Of a stretch of DNA of 48,295 nt, positions 9,641 through 21,376 are shown in pieces. The notes below the pieces were generated by a model. The model saw only the letters and a list, made by a program, of their open reading frames with translations. It did not search any database and was not told the origin of the DNA. Positions within the stretch are counted from its first letter, which is position 1; every line of letters begins with the position of its first letter. The stretch lies in NCBI RefSeq assembly GCF_031581305.1, contig NZ_JAVLBC010000002.1:1-48295 (forward strand). The letters are read 5' to 3'. Both the position numbers and the translations under genes were made by a program. This stretch comes from Halomonas sp. (GTDB taxonomy: Bacteria; Pseudomonadota; Gammaproteobacteria; Pseudomonadales; Halomonadaceae).

Positions 9641-10390
9641 ATGCTCGATGCCTTCACGGCGCTGACTCGCGGGACCCGCCTGGTCTACTCCCGCGGTCTC
9701 CGGCGCTACGTGTTCCTGCCGATACTCGTCAACCTGCTGGTCTACACGGTCATGCTCTGGTACGTGCTGGGCCACTTCGGCGGCTGGCTGGAGGGCTGGA
9801 TGGCCATGGTCCCCGGCTGGCTGGACTGGCTCTCCTGGCTGATCTGGCCACTCTTCGTGATCAGTCTGGGGCTGATCGTCTTCTTCACCTTCACTCTGGT
9901 GACCCACCTCATCGCCGCGCCCTTCTACGGCTTCCTGGCGGCGCGGGTGGAGGTCGAGGTGACCGGGCGGCCGCCGTTGGACGATCGCAGGTTGGCAAAG
10001 ACGGCGGTGGACGCCCTGGGGCGCGAGCTGGTCAAGCTGGGCTACATTTTGCCGCGCATGACTCTGCTCTTCGTGCTTAGCTGGATCCCGGTGCTCAACC
10101 TGGTGGCGCCACTGCTATGGGCGGCCTTCTCGGCCTGGATCATGGCGATCACCTACCTCGACTACCCCATGGACAACAACAAGGTCAGCTTCGCCGACAT
10201 GCGTCGCCGGCTGAAGGCGCGCTGGTGGCCGACACTCACCTACGGCGGCTGGGTGACCTTGATCACCTGGCTGCCGTTGGCCAACCTCTTCCTGCTGCCC
10301 GGCGCCGTGGCCGCCGCCGTCTTGATGTGGGAGCGTCACTACCGCAGTAGCGAGGCCGATAAAGCGCATACGCGGCCTCAGGCGCGCTGA
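9641..10390 (+). CDS. cysZ: Sulfate transporter CysZ (EI24 domain)
   Basis: LIAAPFYGFLA and YLDYPMDN motifs; hydrophobic 249-aa protein; 3' end overlaps the convergent phoR by 13 bp. Confidence 0.88.
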   Translation: MLDAFTALTRGTRLVYSRGLRRYVFLPILVNLLVYTVMLWYVLGHFGGWLEGWMAMVPGWLDWLSWLIWPLFVISLGLIVFFTFTLVTHLIAAPFYGFLAARVEVEVTGRPPLDDRRLAKTAVDALGRELVKLGYILPRMTLLFVLSWIPVLNLVAPLLWAAFSAWIMAITYLDYPMDNNKVSFADMRRRLKARWWPTLTYGGWVTLITWLPLANLFLLPGAVAAAVLMWERHYRSSEADKAHTRPQAR

Positions 10391-11691
10391 GCGCTCTCGG
10401 TCGTGTTGCCCAGGCGTTCGGCCGGAAACAGGCAGCGGAAGGTGGCGCCACGGCCGGGGCGGGAGTCAATCTCCAGCCGGGCGTCGTGGCGCAGCAGCAC
10501 GTGCTTGACGATGGCCAGGCCCAGGCCGGTGCCGCCGGTGGCGGTACTGCGGCCCTTGTCGACCCGGTAGAAGCGCTCGGTGAGGCGTGGCAGGTGCACC
10601 GGGTCGATGCCTTCGCCGTCGTCCTCTACTTCCAGGCTGGCGCCCTCGCCGTGGGGGCGCCAGCGCAGCACGATATGCCGCCCTTCGCCGGCATAGCGTA
10701 CGGCATTGAAGGCCAGGTTGGAGAGCGCACTGCGGATCTCCTTCTCGCTGCCCACCAGCGGGCGAGGTTCCTCGACCTCGACCCTGATGGAGTGACGACC
10801 TTCCGAGAGCGCCGCGGCGTCACGCTGTACGGCCTCGAGCAGCTCGCCCATCGCCAGCGGGGCGTCATCGCGCCCGCCCTGGTCGATTTCCAGCCGGGAC
10901 AGCAGCAGCAGGTCGTTGACCAGGTTCTGCATGCGGTCGGTCTGGGCCTTCATCTGCGACAGGCCGCGGCCCAGTCGCGGCGGCAGCTGGCCGGCCATGT
11001 CGCCATAGGTCTCCAGGTAGCCGGCCAGCACGGTCAGCGGGGTGCGCAGCTCATGGGAGACATTGGCCACGAAGTCCCGGCGCATCTGCTCCAGACGGTG
11101 CAGCCGGGTGATATCGCGGGCCATCACCAGGCGCTCGTCGTCGCCGTAGAGGGTGATCTGGAACTGCAGGATCAGCGACTCGTTGATGGGCGAGGTGAGG
11201 GTCAGCGGCTCGCGATAGTCGCGTTCATGAAAGTAGTCGACGAAGCGCGGGTCACGCAGCAGGTTGGTGATGTGCTGGCCGCGGTCAAGCCGGGGCTTGA
11301 GCCCCAGCATCCTCTCTGCGGCGCTGTTCCACCACTCGAGGTCGCCGTGGCGGTCGAGCATCACCACGCTGTCGCGCATCGCCTCGGAGGACTCCTGGAT
11401 ACGCTGCAGCGTGGCCCGCAGCCGCTGCTGGGTGAGGCGCTGGCTTTTCTGGTAGCGGTACAGGCGATCGAACAGCTCGCCCCATAGGCCGCTGGCAGTG
11501 GGGGGCTCCTCCTGCGGACGTAGGGTGAGCCACTGGTGGAGGGCATGGAGCTGGCGCAGGTGGAAGACCAGGCAGAGCAGCAGGCCGATGGCGATGCCCG
11601 TCGGCATCGCGGAAAAGGGCCAGCCGACCAGCGCCCCGGCAGCGATCAGGGTCGCCAGGCGCCAGAACTCGCGTCGCCAGAGCCGTCCCAC
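10378..11691 (-). CDS. phoR: Phosphate regulon sensor kinase PhoR
   Basis: FVANVSHELRTPLTV H-box, PAS region, RFYRVDKGRS..GGTGLGLAIVKH; GTG 11691 follows the phoB stop (exact start uncertain). Confidence 0.93.
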   Translation of the reverse strand: MGRLWRREFWRLATLIAAGALVGWPFSAMPTGIAIGLLLCLVFHLRQLHALHQWLTLRPQEEPPTASGLWGELFDRLYRYQKSQRLTQQRLRATLQRIQESSEAMRDSVVMLDRHGDLEWWNSAAERMLGLKPRLDRGQHITNLLRDPRFVDYFHERDYREPLTLTSPINESLILQFQITLYGDDERLVMARDITRLHRLEQMRRDFVANVSHELRTPLTVLAGYLETYGDMAGQLPPRLGRGLSQMKAQTDRMQNLVNDLLLLSRLEIDQGGRDDAPLAMGELLEAVQRDAAALSEGRHSIRVEVEEPRPLVGSEKEIRSALSNLAFNAVRYAGEGRHIVLRWRPHGEGASLEVEDDGEGIDPVHLPRLTERFYRVDKGRSTATGGTGLGLAIVKHVLLRHDARLEIDSRPGRGATFRCLFPAERLGNTTESAQRA

Positions 11692-11692
11692 G

Positions 11693-12382
11693 TCAGCCCT
11701 TGGCGGAGAACCGGTAGCCGGTACCACGCACGGTCTGGATCAGCTGGTGATGGGGTTCGCCCAGCGCCTTGCGCAGGCGGCGGATATGCACGTCCACGGT
11801 ACGCTCCTCGACATAGACATTGCCGCCCCACACTTGGTCGAGCAGCTGTCCGCGGGTGTAGGCACGTTCCTGGTGGGTCATGAAGAACTGTAGCAGGCGG
11901 TACTCGGTGGGCCCCATCTCCAGCGAGTGTCCATCGACGCTGACCCGGTGGCTGACCGGGTCGAGCAGCAGTCCGCCGACCTCCACCGGGTCCTCGACGC
12001 CCCGCGGTGTCGCGCGGCGCAGTACTGCCTTGAGGCGTGCCACCAGCTCCCGTGGCGAGAAGGGCTTGGTGATGTAGTCGTCGGCCCCGGCCTCGAGTCC
12101 CTGGATCTTGTTGTCCTCTTCACCCTTGGCGGTGAGCATGATGATCGGCAGCTCGGCAGTGGCCTCCTCGCGCTTTAGCCTTCGGGCCAGCTCGATGCCG
12201 CTGGTTCCGGGCATCATCCAGTCGAGCAGCACCAGGTCGGGCTGGTGGTCGACCACCATGGCGTGGGCATCCTGGGCATTGTCTGCCTCGAGGACGCGAT
12301 AGTCGGCCATCTCCAGCGCCACCGCGATCATCTCGCGGATCGGCGCCTCATCATCGACAATCAGTACGGTCTTGGCAGTCAT
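11693..12382 (-). CDS. phoB: Phosphate regulon response regulator PhoB
   Basis: LLDWMMPG receiver, [33 protein letters not shown] and TVRGTGYRF. Confidence 0.97.
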   Translation of the reverse strand: MTAKTVLIVDDEAPIREMIAVALEMADYRVLEADNAQDAHAMVVDHQPDLVLLDWMMPGTSGIELARRLKREEATAELPIIMLTAKGEEDNKIQGLEAGADDYITKPFSPRELVARLKAVLRRATPRGVEDPVEVGGLLLDPVSHRVSVDGHSLEMGPTEYRLLQFFMTHQERAYTRGQLLDQVWGGNVYVEERTVDVHIRRLRKALGEPHHQLIQTVRGTGYRFSAKG

Positions 12383-12400
12383 CCCGGAGCCTCGTGGTCA

Positions 12401-12451
12401 ATGACAGATCGATGACGATGACAACACGTCATGATGACAATAGCGTGACAA
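12401..12451 (-). promoter_or_regulatory. Two Pho boxes upstream of phoB (autoregulation)
   Basis: Minus strand TTGTCAC-gcta-TTGTCAT (12451-12434) and TCGTCAT-cgat-CTGTCAT (12418-12401); all four half-sites lie on one 11-bp register. Confidence 0.75.
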
Positions 12452-12469
12452 GTCCGGCCTGTCGCCCGC

Positions 12470-13366
12470 TCAACCTCCGTTCATTGCCGGCCACAGGGAT
12501 AGCGCGATGCCGGCGAAGACCAGCAGGCCCGACCAGTGGTTGTTGAGGAAGGCCTGGAAGCAGCGGTCCCGGCCGCGTTCGCGGATCAGGAACTGCTGGT
12601 GCACGAATGTCGCCGCCATGGCGGCCAATCCCAGCCAGAAGAACCCCCCCAGCGCGAGTAGCCCGCCGGCCCAGGCCAGCAGCCCCAGGGTCAGGCCCTG
12701 CAGCAGGCCGATCATCAGCCGGTCGGCGCGGCCGAACAGCACGGCGGTGGACTTGATGCCGATCTTCAGGTCATCGTCGCGGTCGACCATGGCGTATTCG
12801 GTATCGTAGGCCACCGTCCAGGCCACGTTGGCGGCGAAGAGCAGCCAGGCGACCGGCGGCACAGTGCCCAGTACGGCACCGAAGGCCATGGGGATCGCCC
12901 AGGAGAAGGCAGCGCCTAGGAAGGCCTGGGGTAGGTGGGTGTAGCGCTTCATGAAGGGATAGATGAAGGCCAGCACCACCCCCACCACCGAAAGCATCAC
13001 CGTGAAGAGGTTGGTGAACCAGACCAGCACGAAGGCGGCCGTCACCAGCATCAGGAACAGCGCCTGGGCCTCCCCTTCGCTGATTCGGCCGGTGGCCAGA
13101 GGGCGATTCCGGGTGCGTTTGACGTGACCGTCGAAGTGGCGGTCCGCGTAGTCGTTGACCACGCAGCCGGCGGCGCGCATCAGGTAGACCCCGGCGACGA
13201 AGATCAGCAGTACCTTGCGGCCGGGGAGGCCCTCGGCGGCGATCCATAGCGCCCAGAGGGTGGGCCACATCAGCAGCCAGGTGCCGATGGGGCGATCGAG
13301 GCGGGTCAGGTGCAGGAAGTCGGGCACCCGGGCCAGGCCCTTGGGGTGCATCAGGGAACGGTCCAT
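12470..13366 (-). CDS. ubiA: 4-hydroxybenzoate octaprenyltransferase
   Basis: [30 protein letters not shown] and [13 protein letters not shown] Asp-rich motifs. Confidence 0.96.
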   Translation of the reverse strand: MDRSLMHPKGLARVPDFLHLTRLDRPIGTWLLMWPTLWALWIAAEGLPGRKVLLIFVAGVYLMRAAGCVVNDYADRHFDGHVKRTRNRPLATGRISEGEAQALFLMLVTAAFVLVWFTNLFTVMLSVVGVVLAFIYPFMKRYTHLPQAFLGAAFSWAIPMAFGAVLGTVPPVAWLLFAANVAWTVAYDTEYAMVDRDDDLKIGIKSTAVLFGRADRLMIGLLQGLTLGLLAWAGGLLALGGFFWLGLAAMAATFVHQQFLIRERGRDRCFQAFLNNHWSGLLVFAGIALSLWPAMNGG

Positions 13367-13422
13367 CTCTACCTCGTGAATATTTTCTTTATTGGCAGAC
13401 GGTGTTAAGGGGCGGGGCTATT

Positions 13423-13517
13423 CCGGCGACAAGCCTGCGAGGAGGCGCTGTGAATACCTCCCTGTACGCTACCGACGCCATCCCTGGCGTAGGACCTCCT
13501 CTTCGGCTTGTCTCCGG
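13423..13517. repeat. 95-bp palindromic intergenic element (REP/MITE-like)
   Basis: Imperfect 23-bp terminal inverted repeats CCGGCGACAAGCCTGCGAGGAGG / CCTCCTCTTCGGCTTGTCTCCGG around an inner ACGCCA-tccc-TGGCGT hairpin; lies in the ubiC-ubiA gap. Confidence 0.6.
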
Positions 13518-13554
13518 CGCCCCTCACCGTCGGCATCGGAGACTGGCCCAGAGC

Positions 13555-14106
13555 CTAGCGTGAAGGCAGCCCGAGGTCATCCGCCATGCAGTCGAGGAAA
13601 AACTCCTGGACCAGCACGACGAAGCGGTGATGGCGGAACAGCGAGCGGCGCGCCCAGGGGCCCGAGGCGGGGTGGAAGGGGGGAGGGTCGGCGGTGACCT
13701 CGAGGGGGCTGCGTTCCAGGTCCGGCTGACGGAACAGCCAGCTGCCCAGCGAGCGCTCGCCCAGGCGGTCGAGCCGCTGGCCATGCAACCCATCCAGGGG
13801 CACCACCGAGCGTGCTACCACCCAGGGGCGCTCGTCCAGGCACAGTGCTACCTCGCGCAGCCAGGCATGACGGGCAGGGGGCAGGTCCAGGGCCAACGCT
13901 TCATCGCGACGCGGTCGACCGAGGCGCTGGTTCAGCAGGCGGACCCGGAAGGTCCGGTGGCTGCCGGCGCTGACCAGACGGGCGGTGAGCGAGTCGCGTG
14001 AGGCGATCCACTGCCACCAGGCGGGACTCATGGCAGGGCGGGCCACCGCCAGGGGGCGCCAGCGGGGATCGCTTCCCGGGCCGTTGCTCACCGTCTCTCT
14101 CCGCAT
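13555..14106 (-). CDS. ubiC: Chorismate pyruvate-lyase
   Basis: DSLTARL, WLREVAL, WVVARSVVP, LGERSLGSWLF and WARRSLF..LVQEFFL; adjacent to ubiA. Confidence 0.92.
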   Translation of the reverse strand: MRRETVSNGPGSDPRWRPLAVARPAMSPAWWQWIASRDSLTARLVSAGSHRTFRVRLLNQRLGRPRRDEALALDLPPARHAWLREVALCLDERPWVVARSVVPLDGLHGQRLDRLGERSLGSWLFRQPDLERSPLEVTADPPPFHPASGPWARRSLFRHHRFVVLVQEFFLDCMADDLGLPSR

Positions 14107-14169
14107 CGATTTCGGGGGCGGCTAGTGTACCATGCTGCCCCATCACTCTTACCCTGATCGATGAGGCCT

Positions 14170-15330
14170 ATGAGCGCTCCCCTGACCATCATCGGTTCCG
14201 GCATGGCGGGCCTGGGCCTGCTGCGGCAGCTGCGCGCGCAGGATCCGGCTCGCCCGATGACGCTGATCACCGCCGACAGTGGTGATGACTACTCCAAGCC
14301 GCTGCTCTCCACCGGTTTCGCCAAGCGCCTGCCGCCGCAGCGTCTGGCGGCCCGCTCGGCCCTTGAGGTGGCCGATGACCTCGGCGTCCTGGTGCGCACT
14401 CACACCCGGGTGGAGGCCATCGACCCGGTGGCCCGCACCCTGACCCTCGGCGCCGAGACCCTGCCCTGGAGCGAGCTGGTGCTGGCCACCGGCGCTGCAC
14501 CGGCGCGGCCCTTCACGGTGCCCGACGCCGTGGCCGACCGGGTCTTCAGCGTCAATGATCTGGATGATTACCGCGCCTTCCATGCGGCCCTGGAGGCGCT
14601 GGGCCGGCCGGCGCGCGTGGTGGTCATCGGCATTGGCCTGGTGGGCAGCGAGTTCGCCAACGACCTCGTTGCCGGCGGCCACACCGTCGAGCTGGTGGCC
14701 CCGGAACCGGCTCCTCTGCCGCGACTGGTCCCGGAGCCGCTGGGCCGTGCCCTGGGCGAAGCCTTTCAGGAGGCCGGCATGGTACTGCATACGGGGCGCC
14801 AGTTGGTGGCCCTGGGGGCCGACGGCGCCTCCGTCGGCCTGGAACTGGACGATGGCGCCTCGCTGTCGGCCGACCTGGTGCTGGTGGCCACGGGGCTGAG
14901 GCCGCGTACCGCCCTGGCCGCGTCGGCCGGGATCACGGTCAGTGAGGCGGGCATCCACACCGACCGCCACCTCGCCACTGCGATGCCCGGTATCCATGCC
15001 CTGGGCGATGCGGCCTGCGTGGATGGCGTCAATGCCATGTACGTGCAGCCGCTGCTGGCCAGCGCCAGGGCCCTGGCCCACACCCTGACCGGCACCCCCA
15101 CCGCGGTGACCTATGGCCCCTGGCCGGTGCTGGTCAAGACCCCCCTGCTGCCGGTGGTGGCCCTTCCGCCGGCCCGAACCCCGTCCCGCTGGCGCCTCGA
15201 GGGCGAGGGCGGTGACCTGACGGCCCTCGCCGAGGATGAGGACGGTCGTTTGATCGGATTTGCGTTGACAGGACGCTGCGTCCGTCGAAAAGTCGAACTG
15301 GCGCGAGCCGCGCCGCCGTTGCTAGGCTAG
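14170..15330 (+). CDS. FAD/NAD(P)H oxidoreductase, rubredoxin reductase (RubB/AlkT) family
   Basis: IIGSGMAG, YSKPLLS, LATGA, GIGLVGSEFANDL, ALGDAA and VKTP motifs; sits beside HU as rubB does in Pseudomonas. Confidence 0.82.
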   Translation: MSAPLTIIGSGMAGLGLLRQLRAQDPARPMTLITADSGDDYSKPLLSTGFAKRLPPQRLAARSALEVADDLGVLVRTHTRVEAIDPVARTLTLGAETLPWSELVLATGAAPARPFTVPDAVADRVFSVNDLDDYRAFHAALEALGRPARVVVIGIGLVGSEFANDLVAGGHTVELVAPEPAPLPRLVPEPLGRALGEAFQEAGMVLHTGRQLVALGADGASVGLELDDGASLSADLVLVATGLRPRTALAASAGITVSEAGIHTDRHLATAMPGIHALGDAACVDGVNAMYVQPLLASARALAHTLTGTPTAVTYGPWPVLVKTPLLPVVALPPARTPSRWRLEGEGGDLTALAEDEDGRLIGFALTGRCVRRKVELARAAPPLLG

Positions 15331-15552
15331 TCTCGTCAACGACGGGGCCTGCCGAGGATTGCGAGCCGGCAAGGCAGCGGCGTTGAGGACCGGTATCATC
15401 CGCATGTCGTTTCCCGAGATATCTCTGTCTGGGGCGCAAGGCCCCGGGAGCGAGCGAGCCGGCATGCGCGTGATGGACCGACAGGTCATGTGCCATAACA
15501 ACATCGCCGGTGGTGATCGCCGGCATCATGATGCCAATACCAGGAGGGCTGT

Positions 15553-15828
15553 ATGCGCAAGCCAGAACTCGCCGCGGCGATTGCCGAGCGTGCCGATCTT
15601 TCCAAGGACAAGGCGAGCCAGGTGCTCAACGTCATCCTCGACGAGATCACCGGAAGCGTCTCTCAGGGGCAGGATGTCACCCTGATCGGCTTCGGTACCT
15701 TCAGTGTGCGCGAGCGAGCCGAGCGCACTGGCAAGAACCCCCAGACCGGCCAGCCGTTGACCATTCCGGCCAGCAAGACCGTTGCCTTCAAGCCGGGCAA
15801 GGGTCTCAAGGACGCTGTCGCGAAGTAA
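15553..15828 (+). CDS. hupA: Nucleoid protein HU
   Basis: LIGFGTFSVRERAERTGKNPQTG and FKPGKGLKDAV; AGGAGG RBS. Confidence 0.92.
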   Translation: MRKPELAAAIAERADLSKDKASQVLNVILDEITGSVSQGQDVTLIGFGTFSVRERAERTGKNPQTGQPLTIPASKTVAFKPGKGLKDAVAK

Positions 15829-15888
15829 GGCATTGCGGCCCGTCTCGTGCGGGTCGCCTCACACTCTCTTCCCGGTAGCGGAGCTGAT

Positions 15889-16245
15889 ATGAAGCTGCGA
15901 CTGATGCTTTGGCTACTCGGGCTGATGCTCAAACGCGCCCTGCGCCGCAAGGCGCGATTTCGTGAACTGCTCGGCGAACTGCGTGGCCTCGACTGGGGGA
16001 TCGCCACCGAAGACCTCTCCATCGCCCGCTATTATCGCATGTCGCCTCGTGGCATCCGTACTGGACGTGGCCTGCCGGTGGATCTCGACCTTGAGCTGCG
16101 CTTCGAGGACGAGACCACGGCCATCAAGGTCCTCAAGAAACCCACTCAGCAGGCCTTTCTCGACGGCATGATGGCCGGCAGCGTGCGCCTGGTCGGCGAT
16201 TCCGGCGACCTGCAGAAGCTGCAGCGGCTCCTCAAGCACCTCTGA
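15889..16245 (+). CDS. Small conserved hypothetical protein, probably SCP2-like lipid-binding fold
   Basis: 118-aa ORF with GGAG RBS, hydrophobic N-terminus and an AFLDGMMAGSVRLVGD segment resembling SCP2 C-termini. Confidence 0.6.
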   Translation: MKLRLMLWLLGLMLKRALRRKARFRELLGELRGLDWGIATEDLSIARYYRMSPRGIRTGRGLPVDLDLELRFEDETTAIKVLKKPTQQAFLDGMMAGSVRLVGDSGDLQKLQRLLKHL

Positions 16246-16260
16246 CCGGGCTTCGCCCGG

Positions 16261-18452
<2,192 letters not shown>

Positions 18453-18456
<4 letters not shown>

Positions 18457-19373
18457 GTCGGCTCGAGCTCTGCCTGGCGGCAGCGTGCGATGGCGTCGGT
18501 GACGGCATCGATGGCCCGGGGCCGAGGGAAGCTGGCGCGCCAGGCGATGGCCACGGTCCGCGAGGGGGCCGGGGCGGTGAAGGGACGGCTGACCAGCATG
18601 CCGCTCTCGTAGTGGCCGGTACCGATGGCCGAGTGGGGCAGTACGGTGATGCCAAGCTTGGAGGCCACCATGTGGCGGATGGTCTCCAGCGAACCGCCTT
18701 CGGCGGTGAGGGTGTTGGAGGGGCTGTTGAGCTGGTGACTGATCGCCGGGCAAGCCTCGAGGATCTGGTCACGGAAGCAGTGGCCCTCGCCGAGCAGCAG
18801 CAGACGCTCCTCCAGCAGGTCTTCCTTGTCGATGCTCTCCCGGGAAGCCCAGCGGTGGTCGGCCGGCAGCAGCACCTCGAAAGCTTCATCGTAGAGTGGC
18901 TTGGTGACCACGTCGGTCTCGGTGAAGGGCAGCGCGATGATGATGGCGTCCAGTTCGCCGCTGCGTAGCTTGCGGCGCAGGTTACCGGTGAAGCCCTCCT
19001 CGATGTAGAGCGGCATCTGCGGGGCATGCCGTGAGAGCGCCGGGATCAGGTGGGGAAAGAGGTAGGGACCGATGGTGTAGATGGCACCGATCCGCAGGGG
19101 GCTTGCCAGTTGGTCGCGACCGGCCGTGGCCAGTTCCTTGATGACACTGCTCTGTTCCAGCACGCGCTGGGCCTGCTCGACGATCTTCTCGCCCAGCGGA
19201 GTGACCTGAACGGTGGATTTCGAGCGCTCGAACAGCGCCACGCCCAACTCCTCCTCGAGCTTCTTGACGGCCACCGAGAGCGTCGGCTGCGAGACAAAGC
19301 AGCGCTCCGCCGCACGTCCGAAATGGTGCTCCTGGGCCAGTGTCACGATGTAGCGGAGTTCTGTTAGAGTCAT
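18453..19373 (-). CDS. oxyR: Hydrogen peroxide sensor OxyR
   Basis: MTLTELRY LysR HTH, redox pair GHCFRDQILEAC and SLETIRHMVAS; upstream of recG. Confidence 0.94.
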
Positions 19374-19443
19374 GTGGTGCCGGCAGGCATCCTCTTCCGA
19401 AACGGGTGGAGGTCCCGATGATCTCGCCCGATGCACAGGGACA

Positions 19444-19469
19444 CAATAATGCCAATAGGGACTTTTTAT
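19444..19469. promoter_or_regulatory. Possible OxyR/LysR binding site in the divergent promoter
   Basis: CAAT-N7-ATAG-N7-TTAT partly matches ATAG-N7-CTAT in an AT-rich patch. Confidence 0.35.
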
Positions 19470-19486
19470 CAGGGGGCGAAGGAAAG

Positions 19487-20359
19487 GTGAAGACGACGAC
19501 ACTGATTCTGGGCTGCGGCGACATCGGCATGGCCCTGGGGCACGAGTTGCGCGAGACGGGGCACCGAGTGATCGGGGCGCGGCGCAACCCGCGCGTGCTG
19601 GAAGGCAGCGGGCTGGAGGCCGTTGCGGTCGACCTGAACGATCCGGCCACCCTGGCCGGGCTGCCGAACGCTGATATCCTGGTCTACGCGGTCAGCGCCG
19701 ACCGCTTCGACGAGGCCGCCTATCGCGCCGCCTACCTCGATGGCCTGACCGCGGTGCTGGGTGAGTTCGCCGGGCGCGATACGGCGCCCGGGCGGGTATT
19801 CTTCGTCTCTTCGACCAGTGTCTACGCCCAGCGTGATGGCGAGATGGTTGACGAGACCAGCCCCGTCGAGCCCTCGGGCTTCTCGGGGCTGCTGATGTGC
19901 GAGGCCGAGCAGGCGCTGATCGACCATGACCTGCCGGGCACCGTGGTGCGCTTCTCGGGCATCTACGGCCCCGGTCGTGACCGCCTGATTCGTCAGGTGG
20001 GTGAGGGGCGCATCGCACCCTCGAGTCCCGTCATGTACTCCAACCGCATCCACCGCGACGACTGCGCCGGGGTACTGGCTCACCTGATCGGCCGGCACCT
20101 GGCCGGTGAGCCGCTCGAGGCGCTCTACCTCGGCAGCGACTGCGAATCGGCCCCCCTCCACGAAGTGATGGCCTGGCTGGCGACGCAGCTCAGGGTCGAG
20201 GCCACCGAGACCATCCAGTCCCCGCTGCGCCGCCGTGCCAGCAAGCGCTGCGACAATAGCCGGCTGCTCGAGAGCGGCTATTGCTTCCGCTATCCGAGCT
20301 ATCGCGAGGGCTATGCCCAGGTGCTGAAGGCGGGGGGCTTCCTGCCCGAAAAGGCCTGA
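19487..20359 (+). CDS. Atypical SDR / NAD-dependent epimerase family protein (YeeZ-like)
   Basis: LGCGDIG Rossmann motif, FVSSTSVY, RFSGIYGPGR, NRIHRDD and YPSYREG; GTG start after a purine-rich RBS. Confidence 0.85.
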   Translation: MKTTTLILGCGDIGMALGHELRETGHRVIGARRNPRVLEGSGLEAVAVDLNDPATLAGLPNADILVYAVSADRFDEAAYRAAYLDGLTAVLGEFAGRDTAPGRVFFVSSTSVYAQRDGEMVDETSPVEPSGFSGLLMCEAEQALIDHDLPGTVVRFSGIYGPGRDRLIRQVGEGRIAPSSPVMYSNRIHRDDCAGVLAHLIGRHLAGEPLEALYLGSDCESAPLHEVMAWLATQLRVEATETIQSPLRRRASKRCDNSRLLESGYCFRYPSYREGYAQVLKAGGFLPEKA

Positions 20360-20386
20360 TGGAGATCCGATAGAAAGACGGCCTGA

Positions 20387-20896
20387 TCAGGCCGCCGGCG
20401 AACGGGCCAGGGTCTCGTAGCGGGCCCCGTCGTTCTCGGTGAAGGAGCGCACCAGCGAGAGTCGTCGCCAGGGCCAGCTCAGGTCGATTGTGGGCAGGCT
20501 GCGGGTCTCCAGCTGTCGGGCGCGGCGCAGCAGGGTGACGTGGGGCACAAAATGCTCTGCCCTGCCGCTGAAACCGAACGCCGACAGCTCGGCCCATAGC
20601 GATTCATGGAGCCGCTCCAGTGCCGGCGACCGGCCGCCTACCCAGACGATGCCCGGGCGACGAAAGGTCCCCCAGGCGTCGAGTCGCCACTCCCCCGTCG
20701 GGATCGGCCGCTCGCCGACCCACGCCGAGAGCGCCGCCCCCTGCTCCTCGGCCACCTCGCCGAGGAAGGCCAGCGTCAGATGCAGGCTGTCATCCGGCAT
20801 GCGTCGCCCGCCGCAGCGGTCCTGGGCGAGTTCGGCCAGTTCGCTCAGACGCTCACGCAGCTTGTGCGGTGGTTCCAGGGCCAGGAAGAGTCTCAC
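20387..20896 (-). CDS. thpR: RNA 2',3'-cyclic phosphodiesterase (2H family)
   Basis: MRLFLAL start; two HxT motifs (LHLTLAFLG, FVPHVTLLR); C-terminal GARYE. Confidence 0.9.
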   Translation of the reverse strand: MRLFLALEPPHKLRERLSELAELAQDRCGGRRMPDDSLHLTLAFLGEVAEEQGAALSAWVGERPIPTGEWRLDAWGTFRRPGIVWVGGRSPALERLHESLWAELSAFGFSGRAEHFVPHVTLLRRARQLETRSLPTIDLSWPWRRLSLVRSFTENDGARYETLARSPAA

Positions 20897-20905
20897 GGCT
20901 GCGCT

Positions 20906-21295
20906 TCAGTCGCCGATGACCATGATCCCTTCCGCTTCGAACTGGGCTCCCTTGGGAAGCGCCTTGACGCCTACCGCAGCACGGGCCGGGTAGGGCTTAT
21001 CGAAGAACTCTTCCATTACCTTGTTGACCACGGCGAAGTTATCCAGATCGACCAGGTAGAGGTTGAGCTTGACCACGTCCTGCAGGGTGCCGGCGGCCTC
21101 CTCGCAGACGGCTCTGAGGTTGGTGAAGACCTGGCGTGCCTGGGTCTCGACGTCGTCGGAGACGAGCGCCATGCTGGCCGGGTCCAGCGGGATCTGTCCG
21201 GAGAGGTAGACGGTGTTGCCGGCCTTGATGGCCTGGGAGTAGGGGCCGATGGCGGCGGGAGCCCGATCGGTGTTGATCACAGCCTTGTTGCTCAT
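20906..21295 (-). CDS. ridA: RidA-family enamine/imine deaminase
   Basis: [21 protein letters not shown] and [16 protein letters not shown]; GGAG RBS before ATG 21295. Confidence 0.9.
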   Translation of the reverse strand: MSNKAVINTDRAPAAIGPYSQAIKAGNTVYLSGQIPLDPASMALVSDDVETQARQVFTNLRAVCEEAAGTLQDVVKLNLYLVDLDNFAVVNKVMEEFFDKPYPARAAVGVKALPKGAQFEAEGIMVIGD

Positions 21296-21336
21296 GGTGA
21301 TTCTCCTTGCGGTCCAGCGTCTCGAAATGGGAAAGC

Positions 21337-21369
21337 CGCCCGCCCGCCGCTTCATGCGGCCGGCGGGCG
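21337..21369 (-). terminator. GC-rich hairpin after spoT (weak terminator or stabiliser)
   Basis: 14-bp stem with one mismatch and a 5-nt loop, followed by GCTTTCCC on the minus strand. Confidence 0.45.
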
Positions 21370-21376
21370 AAAGGGC

